Below, piece after piece: positions 36,067 through 46,500 of a stretch of DNA of 64,000 nt. Every line of letters starts with the position of its first letter. Position 1 is the stretch's first letter. The notes under the pieces are model-generated. The model did no database searches. It saw nothing but the letters and a program-made list of their open reading frames with translations, and was not told the origin of the DNA. This stretch comes from Methanobacteriota archaeon (GTDB lineage: Archaea > Thermoplasmatota > Poseidoniia > Poseidoniales > Poseidoniaceae): the NCBI GenBank assembly GCA_018662825.1, contig JABJFI010000002.1, positions 57 to 64,056 of the forward strand. Reading direction: 5' to 3'. Both the position numbers and the translations under genes were made by a program.

Positions 36067-38004
36067 TCACGCAAGACGTTGAGACATTTCCTCACCTGTG
36101 AGTGAATTTAGAACATTTTGAGATTCAATCCAGCCTTTACGTGCTGCCATCACACCATAACTTATGTCCGCTAAACCACGAATCGAGTGAGCATCTGGAT
36201 TGATTATGACAGGTACACCTAATCCCTTGGCGTGTTTACATAAACGCCAATCTAAATCCAAACGATACGGGCTTGCATTCAGTTCAACGGCTTTCAAACG
36301 CCCATCATCGTTATGTTCTGCCATATGTTCAAGAACAGCAAACAAATCCACTTCATAGCCATCTCTTCCTTGCAATATTCTTCCGGTTGGATGGCCAAGA
36401 ATTGTTGTCGAAGGATGGTCAATACATTGCATCAATTCTTCAGTATTTTGAATCTCATCACGAGCAGTCCATTTCGAAATTGCGTGGACTGAGGCAACTG
36501 TGTAATCCAATTGAGACAAGACCTCATCAGGATGGTCCAATTTTCCACCTTCGAGTATGTCGGATTCTACACCATGGAATAAACGGAAATCAACACCTTC
36601 CTCTGCCCAAGCACTGTTGTATTCTCGAATTCTAGCACCTTGCTGCAATAAATCCTCAGCACTTGCTCCGTTTGCAATTTTGAGAGTGGGGGAATGGTCG
36701 GCAATACCCAACCAATTCCAGCCCATTTTACGTGCAGTATCGGCCATTTCTTCTAGAGTTGCCTCGCCATCAGAAAGGGTGGTGTGATTATGCAGTGCTC
36801 CGCGAATATCTTTTCCAGTGATTAACGAAGGTAATGCGGAGGATTCAGCAGCCACAAGTTCACCCGTATCTTCTCGTAATTCAGGCGTGACCCATTCAAG
36901 ATCTAGGTGACGATAAATTTCGATTTCATCGTTGGCAGGAAGTGAAAACTGTGCAGCGGCCATGCCTTTCAAGTCGCCGGCCTTTTCATCAGGAATCAAT
37001 CCGAATTCATTGAGTTTCAAGCCACGTTCAATGGCTCTTTGCCGCATGGCAATATTGTGTTCTTTACTGCCGGTGAAATACGCCAAGGTGAATGGAAAAA
37101 CTTCTGGAGGTACCAATCGAACTTGAGCATCAATTGTTCCGCCGCTTTCCAATTGTTCGTAATCATCTCCTCCGATTGCATCTAATACATTCGGGTCAAT
37201 ATGGCCAACAGTAAATCCACCTTCAAAGACGCTCGTATCAAGAATTATACTGATTTTAGAATCCCCTGCCCCTTTGACATCAGCGATTCCAGGGAGACCA
37301 AGAATGGCTTTCGATACCGCTTCATGATGCTTGTTTTCTACGGCTACTACCAAGTCAAGGTCGCCAATTGTTTCTTTGCGTCGACGAGCACTTCCCGCTA
37401 ATTGTGCCTTTATCACTCCATCAAGTGCTGCAATTTTTGATTGAAATGCTTCACCATACATCAAGCCAACATCAAGCCTCCGTCGTGCTCTAAATCGTGC
37501 AAGTAATTCGATACCATCTAGCATCCGTTGTTGTGATTTTTGGCCAAACCCCTTCATTGGGGCAATCAATCCATCAAGGGCAGCCTGTTTTAGGGTTGCA
37601 ACTGAATTGACTCCAAGTTCTTCATTCATTAATTTGATTCTTTTTGGTCCCAGTCCAGGTATGCCGAGCATTTCTATCAAACCTTTTGGAGTTTGTTCAT
37701 GCAAGTTCACCCAATCATTTGGCCAGCGCCCTTCGCCTATAGCTTGAGTTAGTGCAGAACCAAGACCCTTTCCAATACCCTTGATATCAAAAAGGCGACC
37801 AGTAGCCACTAACTCCCCCAAATCTTCAGTTAGTGAGCCAAGCATGCGGCTAGCGTTTTGATAGGAGCGAACACGGAATACATTGGCCCCATTTAGTTCG
37901 AGTAGAACTGCAACTTGGTGAAGAGCCGAAGCGATTTGGTTGCGAGAAAAATAGGGGGGGCCACTCGGTCGAGCCTTCGGGAGTACAAATCCGCCACCTG
38001 CCAT
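36067..38004 (-). CDS. polX: DNA polymerase X family protein with C-terminal PHP domain
   Basis: NVFRVRSY, IKGIGKG, IPGLGPKR, GSARRRKETIGDLD, YFTGSKEHN, PELRE; PHP metal ligands HNHT, DHS, GVE, SVH, GHPTGR, PDAH. Confidence 0.93.
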   Translation of the reverse strand: MAGGGFVLPKARPSGPPYFSRNQIASALHQVAVLLELNGANVFRVRSYQNASRMLGSLTEDLGELVATGRLFDIKGIGKGLGSALTQAIGEGRWPNDWVNLHEQTPKGLIEMLGIPGLGPKRIKLMNEELGVNSVATLKQAALDGLIAPMKGFGQKSQQRMLDGIELLARFRARRRLDVGLMYGEAFQSKIAALDGVIKAQLAGSARRRKETIGDLDLVVAVENKHHEAVSKAILGLPGIADVKGAGDSKISIILDTSVFEGGFTVGHIDPNVLDAIGGDDYEQLESGGTIDAQVRLVPPEVFPFTLAYFTGSKEHNIAMRQRAIERGLKLNEFGLIPDEKAGDLKGMAAAQFSLPANDEIEIYRHLDLEWVTPELREDTGELVAAESSALPSLITGKDIRGALHNHTTLSDGEATLEEMADTARKMGWNWLGIADHSPTLKIANGASAEDLLQQGARIREYNSAWAEEGVDFRLFHGVESDILEGGKLDHPDEVLSQLDYTVASVHAISKWTARDEIQNTEELMQCIDHPSTTILGHPTGRILQGRDGYEVDLFAVLEHMAEHNDDGRLKAVELNASPYRLDLDWRLCKHAKGLGVPVIINPDAHSIRGLADISYGVMAARKGWIESQNVLNSLTGEEMSQRLA

Positions 38005-38051
38005 AATGGATGATACGGTCGACCCTTCTCAAACATTACTCTCCCTCAATT

Positions 38052-38426
38052 ATGTCGAAACTTCATGTTGAAGAACCACAAGCCACAGGGTCCTTCATGG
38101 TCAGCGTCGATTTCATCGAACATTTGGCAGAATCACTTTGTGGTATTTCAGTAATTTTGTTCACATTTATCGCTACCTTTTCACGTTCTGAAAAAGCAGA
38201 ATACGTGGTCCAGAATTTGATTGCCATTTTGCTCATAGCAGCAGCAATTGTATTGTGGTGGCTCTCCTTATCAGGGGGGGAGTTATGGGGTTCAAACTAT
38301 CTTCCAAAACCACTGTCATTGGTTTGTATTGTCATTGCGATTTCCGCTCGAATGAACATCAAGGGCGAAAATATCTCTTTTGGAGCCAATCCACATACAA
38401 TCGGGAACTCTAATGAGGACGAGTAA
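38052..38426 (+). CDS. Hypothetical 3-TM membrane protein
   Basis: ORF 38010..38426 with three hydrophobic helices; start uncertain (38052 or 38097). Confidence 0.55.
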   Translation: MSKLHVEEPQATGSFMVSVDFIEHLAESLCGISVILFTFIATFSRSEKAEYVVQNLIAILLIAAAIVLWWLSLSGGELWGSNYLPKPLSLVCIVIAISARMNIKGENISFGANPHTIGNSNEDE

Positions 38427-38765
38427 TCAAACGATTTCACCGCGTGGTTTCGATGATTCGGATTCGACAGGTTTAGTATTTTCATTTTCCTTTGCCATTT
38501 TTTGGTCGATAAATGTGCGCATGTATTCTGGAAGTTCACCGTTGACAAAAATCACATCATTGATGTAATCCAGTTTTTTGAGTGAATAGTAAATTTGCAT
38601 CGCAGTCATTGGAGTCGATGAACAACCATTGCACCCACCATCGAGTGAAAGCATAATGTTTCCATCGGTTGTATCCAAAACCGTCACGATTCCATCATGT
38701 TCATCCAGAATCTCTTGAACTGGGCCAATTTCAGCCAAGACCTCCTCCGCAGTGATGCTCATCAT
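38427..38765 (-). CDS. NifU C-terminal domain (Nfu-type Fe-S carrier) protein
   Basis: L.EHDGIV.V......LSLDGGCNGCSST matches the Nfu CxxC motif. Confidence 0.8.
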   Translation of the reverse strand: MMSITAEEVLAEIGPVQEILDEHDGIVTVLDTTDGNIMLSLDGGCNGCSSTPMTAMQIYYSLKKLDYINDVIFVNGELPEYMRTFIDQKMAKENENTKPVESESSKPRGEIV

Positions 38766-38926
38766 TCAGCGCTGTGCACCTCTCCCCTTTCAACAATTGC
38801 TTGGCAGTATCGGTTTTCAAACCGCTTCGGCGTGATGGTTGAACCATCAAAAAGCAGTACAGGGTGTGTTTTGGGGGAACCACTTATGAGGGGTTCTTTG
38901 GTCGCCGGAAACACAGGTGTTCTATA

Positions 38927-41008
38927 ATGATGGATAATATACCAATGATTGCCGCAGGTGCAGGTCTTGTCGGACTTGTAATTGCATTTATGCTGTATCA
39001 ACAAGTAAACAAAGTGAAAATTGACAACCAAAAAGTTGCCGAAATTACAAAAGAAATTCAAGAAGGTGCCATGGCGTTCCTTGTTGCTGAGTACAAAGTT
39101 CTCGCAATCTTCGTTGTTGTTGTCGGTGCTGCACTGACCCAACTCAACGACATGAATACCGCTCTTGCTTTCTTCGCAGGTGCATTCGCTTCAGTTGTTG
39201 CTGGTTTCTCAGGTATGCGTTCAGCGACTTCGGCAAATGGCCGAACCACAATGGCTGCTAAGAACGACGGCAAAGCCGGAGCATTGGCAGTTTCATACAA
39301 TGGTGGAGCAGTCATGGGCCTTTCAGTAGGCGGTCTCGGTCTTCTCGGAATTTCCCTTGTTGCATACTGGCTTGGTGCTGGTGATGCTAACCCTGACCTT
39401 TCTGCTGCAGCAGGATTCGGTATGGGTGCTTCATCCATTGCTCTATTTGCTCGTGTCGGTGGCGGTATCTACACCAAGGCTGCTGACGTCGGTGCTGACC
39501 TTGTCGGTAAAGTCGAAGCAGGTATTCCTGAAGACGACCCTCGAAACCCTGGTGTTATCGCTGATAACGTTGGAGACAACGTTGGTGATGTCGCTGGAAT
39601 GGGTGCGGATATCTTCGAATCTTTTGTTGGTTCAATCATCGCAGCAATGATAATTGCAAGTTCCGATGGATTCGGTGGCGCGGGTTTCACTGGTGCATCT
39701 GATTACATCATGATGCCAATTATGCTCGGCCTCATTGGATATGTGGCTTCTATAATCGGAGTGTTCTCCATGTTCGTTCTCAAGAATGGTAAAGATGCAG
39801 CAGCAGCACTTCGAAACACGACTTTTATTGCAGCAATTCTCTTTTGGGCTGGCGGTTATTTTGCCATCAATCAAAATTTGATTGCAGTCGAAATCGGCGT
39901 TATGCACTCCGTTGTTCTGGGCAGTGTTGTTGGAATTGCTATTGGCCTCATCACCGAATACTATACTGGAATCGAACCAGTGTTTGGAATTAAGACAAAG
40001 GCGATCCCTCACATCGGTGAAATGTCAAAGACAGGGCCGGCAACCAACGCTATCGCAGGCCTTTCGGTCGGTATGATGTCCACATTCATCCCAATCCTCT
40101 TAATTGCTGGAGGAATTCTTGGTGCGAACTACTTTGGTGGAGATGAATACGGACTCTACTGTATTGCAATGGCCGCTATGGGTATGCTTGCTACAGTCGG
40201 TGTCACAATGACCGTCGATGCTTACGGACCAGTTGCTGACAACGCAGGTGGCATCGCAGAGATGAGCGGTCTTGGTGCTGATGTTCGTGCCATTACTGAC
40301 GAACTTGATTCAATCGGAAACACAACCGCTGCAGTCGGCAAAGGATTCGCAATCGGTTCAGCAGCTTTGACTGCCCTTGCTCTGTTTGCAGCATACACCG
40401 CAGCAATCACTGGGGACTTAGATTTGACACTCACCAACCCGATGGTCGTAATAGGTCTACTGATTGGTGGAGGTTTGCCATTCGTAGTAGCAGCAATGAC
40501 CATGACCTCAGTCGGAAAGGCTGCTGGTGAAATGGTTGTCGAGATTCGACGCCAATTCAAAGAAATCCCTGGCCTTCTTGAAGGCAAGGAAGGCGTCAAG
40601 CCTGATTCTCAACTCTGTGTTGATATTTCAACCAAGGCCGCTCTACGTGAGATGGTCGGACCAGGTGTTGTAGCAGTTCTTGCCCCAGTCATCGTCGGTA
40701 TGGCGCTGGGTTGGGATGCACTTGGAGGTCTCCTCGCAGGTTCTCTTGTCACAGGTGTTCTCATGGCTCTATTCATGGCAAACGCTGGTGGTGCTTGGGA
40801 TAATGCCAAGAAAGCAATCGAACAAGGACATATCGATGGTGCAAAGAAAGGTGATGCTGCTCATGATGCGGCAGTTATTGGCGACACTATTGGAGACCCA
40901 TTCAAAGACACATCTGGCCCCTCACTCAACATTCTCATTAAGTTGATGTCCATTGTTGCAGTTGTTCTTGCCGGAACTGGCAAACTAACTCAGACTGGAC
41001 TTCTTTGA
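38927..41008 (+). CDS. hppA: K+-dependent membrane-integral pyrophosphatase, probably Na+-translocating
   Basis: [46 protein letters not shown] (Ala = K+-dependent), [27 protein letters not shown] 38927 follows AGGTG. Confidence 0.95.
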   Translation: MMDNIPMIAAGAGLVGLVIAFMLYQQVNKVKIDNQKVAEITKEIQEGAMAFLVAEYKVLAIFVVVVGAALTQLNDMNTALAFFAGAFASVVAGFSGMRSATSANGRTTMAAKNDGKAGALAVSYNGGAVMGLSVGGLGLLGISLVAYWLGAGDANPDLSAAAGFGMGASSIALFARVGGGIYTKAADVGADLVGKVEAGIPEDDPRNPGVIADNVGDNVGDVAGMGADIFESFVGSIIAAMIIASSDGFGGAGFTGASDYIMMPIMLGLIGYVASIIGVFSMFVLKNGKDAAAALRNTTFIAAILFWAGGYFAINQNLIAVEIGVMHSVVLGSVVGIAIGLITEYYTGIEPVFGIKTKAIPHIGEMSKTGPATNAIAGLSVGMMSTFIPILLIAGGILGANYFGGDEYGLYCIAMAAMGMLATVGVTMTVDAYGPVADNAGGIAEMSGLGADVRAITDELDSIGNTTAAVGKGFAIGSAALTALALFAAYTAAITGDLDLTLTNPMVVIGLLIGGGLPFVVAAMTMTSVGKAAGEMVVEIRRQFKEIPGLLEGKEGVKPDSQLCVDISTKAALREMVGPGVVAVLAPVIVGMALGWDALGGLLAGSLVTGVLMALFMANAGGAWDNAKKAIEQGHIDGAKKGDAAHDAAVIGDTIGDPFKDTSGPSLNILIKLMSIVAVVLAGTGKLTQTGLL

Positions 41009-41057
41009 AGACTTCTTGAGGCGTTAGACTCATGAAGAACGCCCGACAGGGTCGTTC

Positions 41058-42023
41058 ATGGGTCCTCGGTTACAAGCCAGCATCATGCTGTTGCTTTTGC
41101 TTTGCACAAGTGCATTGTCAGGCTGTACAACGGGTTCTCTCAACACCTCCGGTAACGATACCACAACCGTGGAACAAAAACTTCTCCCGGAATGGGCCGT
41201 AGGTGATTGGTGGCTATACACTTTCGAGACTGCCCAATTTGGTGAAGATACAGCACGTTTAGTGGTTACAGAGATTGATGAGGGCGAGAATCAGTACATG
41301 CTGGGTATCTCCTCAGAAAGAGAAGCGCAAAGACATGCAGTCATCAATCATAATCCATTCTTGGGCCGAGTGATTATTGATGATTTAGCAGTCTATGAAA
41401 ACGGCGAGCCCCAATCAGTATTCAATTTCCCTTGGAATAATGGTGATACCTGGCAGTTTACTTTGCTCGGGGAATCATGGATGGCGGAAACCACTGGCTC
41501 CATCAATGGAATGGCGGTTGTAAAGGCCAGTAGCAGTTCAGGTCATTCTCTTGAATACCACTTTGATGGTAGTAATGGATTCATTGACTACTTTGAATGG
41601 TTAGACCAGAATGATGAATTACAATTCCGAATGTCATTGACTGACACAGGTAGCGATTATAGTGGCGAGGCTTGGTTTATTCGAGCCACTGACTTGAAAG
41701 ACCGTGTATTCGAGGGGCCTATTGATGGTGAAGTTACAGACACTTTCGTAGATAGTAGCCACCCCTCGGGTATTGATTTCAACTATTATGTATTCTACAT
41801 CGATGTTGCAATCCCACAAGGTGGGACTGGGACTTTATCGGTCAAAGACCATGCCGGAAATAGTATTTTGACTCGAACCTATACGGCAGGAACCCAATCT
41901 CAAGAATTAGCAACAATACCAAGTCGTACCGATGAATACACTCTGGAAGTCACTCTTACCGGTGGACAAAGTTCAATCCACTTCATGATTGCAGGTGGAA
42001 TTGAAAACTACTGGGAATTGTGA
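41058..42023 (+). CDS. Hypothetical lipoprotein
   Basis: Signal ending LSGC (lipobox); P.W.VGDWW.Y motif; acidic beta-rich body. Confidence 0.7.
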   Translation: MGPRLQASIMLLLLLCTSALSGCTTGSLNTSGNDTTTVEQKLLPEWAVGDWWLYTFETAQFGEDTARLVVTEIDEGENQYMLGISSEREAQRHAVINHNPFLGRVIIDDLAVYENGEPQSVFNFPWNNGDTWQFTLLGESWMAETTGSINGMAVVKASSSSGHSLEYHFDGSNGFIDYFEWLDQNDELQFRMSLTDTGSDYSGEAWFIRATDLKDRVFEGPIDGEVTDTFVDSSHPSGIDFNYYVFYIDVAIPQGGTGTLSVKDHAGNSILTRTYTAGTQSQELATIPSRTDEYTLEVTLTGGQSSIHFMIAGGIENYWEL

Positions 42024-42032
42024 GGCGATACC

Positions 42033-42647
42033 TTGCCAACTCTCATCATGATGCACGGAATGACTGGTGATGCCAGCATGATGCGGCCATTTGCGGAAAA
42101 AATTCTCCCCGAAGGTTGGACACTTATCGTTCCTGAAGCACGTTACACACATTCTCTTCGTGGCCGAACTTGGTGGCGATATGAGGATGAAGATGCAGAT
42201 GCAACACGTCGGATGACGCTCTCTCGTAGAGAACTCATCGATGTTGACTCTTCACTCTCACAACTTGAACAACTCATCGCTGAACAAGCACCACTTGGGC
42301 CGTTGGTTGTTGGTGGTTTTTCTCAAGGTGGAGCAATGGCTCAGGAAATGTTGCAATTGCCACTTGCTGACCGAATTGTTGGTGTAGTAGCCATGGGGAC
42401 TCGTTTGGTTCGAGAAATGGAACTGCGGATTCGGCTTGCTGAATTAGAACCAAAGCATCTTTTTTGGATGCATGGCGAACGTGATCTTCGGGTTTCTATC
42501 CAAGATGGTTGGGCAGTAGCCCATGTGTTTGAATCAGCCGGCTGGGCAATGGAATTAATTGAACACCCAAAAGGTCACATGATTCCCATGGAACACCATG
42601 CTGCATTGAAAGAATGGTTAACTGCGCTGTCGCAAATAAGGTTGTAA
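42033..42647 (+). CDS. Alpha/beta hydrolase (phospholipase/carboxylesterase family)
   Basis: MHGMTG, GFSQGG nucleophile elbow, HGERD, KGHMI catalytic His. Confidence 0.88.
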   Translation: MPTLIMMHGMTGDASMMRPFAEKILPEGWTLIVPEARYTHSLRGRTWWRYEDEDADATRRMTLSRRELIDVDSSLSQLEQLIAEQAPLGPLVVGGFSQGGAMAQEMLQLPLADRIVGVVAMGTRLVREMELRIRLAELEPKHLFWMHGERDLRVSIQDGWAVAHVFESAGWAMELIEHPKGHMIPMEHHAALKEWLTALSQIRL

Positions 42648-42902
42648 TTGGTCATAACCGCCGATGAATACAGTTTGTTCATCTTTGATATCAAAAATTA
42701 CTGGAACCGTTCGATGACCTGTAGCCTCTACTATGTGTTGGCGCAAATGTGGTTGTTCATCAAAATTGAATTCGGTAAAGGATAGTTGGTGACGCTCAAG
42801 CAAACGCTTTGCAGCGCTACAATAGTTACAAAAATTCCCGGTATATATCAAGAATTCAGTTGAACTTGATTGAGCATGTTCAAGAAGTATATTGGGGGCC
42901 AT
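42618..42902 (-). CDS. Glutaredoxin
   Basis: CNYC active site, TVPVIF, FIGGYDQL. Confidence 0.9.
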   Translation of the reverse strand: MAPNILLEHAQSSSTEFLIYTGNFCNYCSAAKRLLERHQLSFTEFNFDEQPHLRQHIVEATGHRTVPVIFDIKDEQTVFIGGYDQLQPYLRQRS

Positions 42903-42925
42903 AGAAGTTGTTCTTAACCTGCCTA

Positions 42926-42931
42926 TTTGAA
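42926..42931 (-). promoter_or_regulatory. Putative TATA-equivalent hexamer TTCAAA (glutaredoxin)
   Basis: -29..-24 from ATG 42902. Confidence 0.55.
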
Positions 42932-42932
42932 G

Positions 42933-43418
42933 CTATGCACTGAAAGTCATCACTTCATAAATGGAATTTGTAGTATTCTTTTTGAGTCCTTGTTCAAGAA
43001 GTTGAATTCTATCATCATCGCCTAGATTGTGTAATCGAAGAATACGGGTATTCACTCCTTGTTGTGCAGCAATTCGTCCCAGGGTTTCAGCAGTGAGGCT
43101 GCCAAATCCATGGATGCCGTCAGGACATGCGCCGTGGAGGTGTGTTGTATCAACTCCTTTTCTTCTTTCACCTGTGGTTGAAGATTGGTCAGTTACAATA
43201 ATCAATGTTTTTACTTGGCTTACAGCAATTTCATCCAAGGCACTTCTAACTAGTGTGATTGTTCCTTCAAGACGTTTTCGATAGTCTTGGTCTTGATTAT
43301 CATAGGTCTCAATAACCATTGCATCAGCTGCTTTAGCATGTTCAACAAGTGTCCAACCCAATGAGTTCAATCGAGAAGGCACCTCTCCTCCTGGGCCGAT
43401 GTATCGGAGGGCGGGCAT
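42933..43418 (-). CDS. Degenerate short SDR/epimerase-like protein
   Basis: GT..LV..A.....VK.LI...SS and P...HGFGSLTAETL...G.NTRILRLHNL follow the SDR pattern but lack YxxxK. ATG 43418 (ORF track start 43463). Confidence 0.5.
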   Translation of the reverse strand: MPALRYIGPGGEVPSRLNSLGWTLVEHAKAADAMVIETYDNQDQDYRKRLEGTITLVRSALDEIAVSQVKTLIIVTDQSSTTGERRKGVDTTHLHGACPDGIHGFGSLTAETLGRIAAQQGVNTRILRLHNLGDDDRIQLLEQGLKKNTTNSIYEVMTFSA

Positions 43419-43577
43419 GTTTGCTCCACACATAACTGAGCCATGTTCTTTCCGTAAAATCAAACTGTTTTGAATGCGAAACTACTATGTGAAAGCGGAA
43501 AGATAACACTCTCCATGTCTCTTGAGTTCCGTTTGCATAAACGGAAGGATAAAAAGACCAATCGTCTACCTCTTTCC

Positions 43578-46500
43578 ATGGTAGCGGAGCGTATGCGCAG
43601 GCTAGGAGCATTTGCCGCACTAGCAATGTTCATCTTTTCCTCTCTTTCTACATCTCAGTTGATGCTATTAGAATTGAATTCCTCAATGGATGATGACCCT
43701 CAATTTTCCTCTGCTCGTTCCGGTAATGATACAGATTCTGACGGTATTGATGATGTTGATGATATCTGTGCGAATGGAGATACCGGCTGGACCTCAAATG
43801 CAATAACAGACCACGATTCTGATGGTTGCCGCGACTCAACTGAAGACACCGATGACGATAATGACGATCAACCCGACTCTTTCGATGACTGTCAAACTGG
43901 GAATTTAGGTTGGAATTCTTCAACACCAGGAACGGATTACGACGATGACGGTTGCCAAGATTCCCTTGAAGACCTAGATGACGATAACGATTCAGTCAAT
44001 GATACCTCAGACACTTGCCAAACTGGTGACCGAGGATGGACTTCAACTTCGAGCAATGACTATGATTCCGATGGCTGTCAAGATATTTCAGAAGATTTAG
44101 ATGACGATAACGATTCAGTCGTTGACACCTCTGACCTTTGCACACCCGGTGAACTCGGTTGGACTTCAACCTCATCGACAGATCATGATGGTGACGGATG
44201 CCAAGACTCAAGCGAAGACGACGATGATGACAACGATCAAGTTGTTGACGATGATGACTCGTGTACACCGGGGGATATCGGATGGACCTCATCATCTGGT
44301 ACAGACCACGACGATGATGGTTGCCAAGATTCGGGTGAAGATACCGATGATGATGATGATGGCATAACCGATTCTTTAGATGGATGCAGTGACGGTGACC
44401 TTGGATGGACGCCAGATAGTTCTACCGATTATGATACTGATGGTTGCCAAGATTCAACCGAGGACACCGATGATGATAATGATGGAATATTCGATGGTCC
44501 TGACCAATGTGAGAAAGGCGATTTAGGATGGACTTCCTCTTCATCAACTGATTATGACTCCGATGGTTGTCAGGATGGTACATCTGAAGACCTCGATAGA
44601 GATAACGATGGTATCAACGACGGTTCTGATAATTGTAGTTCGGGAGACTTGTTGTGGCTTTCTTCGGGAAGCACTGATCATGATACTGATGGCTGTCAAG
44701 ATTCGGGTGAAGACCTCGATGATGATAACGATGGAGTGGCGGATTTGCACCCTGATATGTGTCTCTTAGGTGACCTTGGATGGACCTCGACCCCAGCAAC
44801 GGATTTCGATGGCGATGGTTGCCGAGATTCAACCGAAGACGACGACACCGATAACGATGGCATTGATGATGTTGATGATGAGTGTAATTCCGGAGACACC
44901 GGTTGGTCTTCAACACCAACAACTGACCACGACAATGATGGTTGCCAAGATTCGGGCGAAGATACCGATGATGATAATGACGGAATAACTGATTCCTTAG
45001 ATGATTGCAGTGACGGTGACCTTGGATGGACGCCAGACAGTTCTACAGATTATGATTCAGACGGTTGCCAAGATTCAAACGAGGACCTCGATGATGATAA
45101 TGACCTCGTGGATGATGATGTTGATACCTGTGAGAAAGGTACACTTGGCTGGACATCAAGTCCTTCAAGTGATTATGATGGAGACGGATGTAAAGATTCC
45201 ACAGAAGATAATGACCGAGATAATGATGGAATCCTTGATTCAAGCGATGTATGTCCGCAAGGTGACCTTGGTTGGACATCAGGACCTTCAACCGACCATG
45301 ATTCCGATGGTTGTCAAGATTCAGGTGAAGATAACGATGACGATAATGATGGGGTCCTAGACAACGCCCCGGATGTCTGCCAAACCGGTGACCTCGGATG
45401 GATTTCTTCTTCAGCTAACGACCGCGACGCAGATGGTTGTCAAGATTCAACTGAAGACCCAGATGATGATAATGATGGTGTCCATGATACGATAGATGAT
45501 TGTCAGAACGGGGACATGGGATGGATTTCTTCTTCAACAACAGACCATGATTCGGATGGCTGCAGAGATGCTTCTACTGAAGACCCAGATGATGATAATG
45601 ACTCTGTTCTCGATGGTGTCGATACTTGTGACAAAGGTGAAACTGACTGGACACCGTCAACCCTGAACGACTATGATTCGGATGGTTGTAAAGACGATGT
45701 AGAGGATAATGATGATGACAATGATGGTGTTATTGATTCAAATGACTCCTGTGTTAGAGGCGACCTCGGTTGGACATCGAACGCAACTACAGACAATGAT
45801 GGTGATGGATGCAGAGATAGTACCGAAGATTTTGATTCCGATAACGATGGAGTCGCAGATAATATTGATTCTTGCCCTCAAGGGATAACAGGATGGTCAT
45901 CTTCATCTTCGACCGACTATGATTCAGATGGTTGTAAAGACACATCTGCTGAAGACAACGACGATGATAACGATGGATACAATGATTCTGTGGATGATTG
46001 TCCTACTGGAACAATTGGTTGGACGCCGACTCCTTCGAATGACTATGACTCAGATGGTTGTAAAGATGACACGATTTTTGACACTGACGATGATAATGAT
46101 GATCAACCCGACCCCTTCGATGACTGTCAAACTGGAAATATGGGCTGGAATTCTTCAACACCGGGGACGGATTACGACGATGACGGTTGTCAAGATGCTT
46201 CAAGTGAAGATTTAGACGATGATAACGATGAGGTAGAGGATTTGCACCCTGATGATTGCCAATTTGGAAACTTGGGTTGGATTTCCTCTCCAACAACAGA
46301 CCATGATGGCGACGGTTGTGAAGATGCTTCAAGTGAAGATGACGATGACGATAATGACAATATTTCTGATTCCCTAGACGATTGCCAATTTGGTGAAGGT
46401 TCTTGGATTCCATCTCCTTCAACTGATTATGATTCAGATGGTTGCAGGGATGCGACCGAAGACCTCGATGATGATAACGACGATGTCGACGATGTTGATG

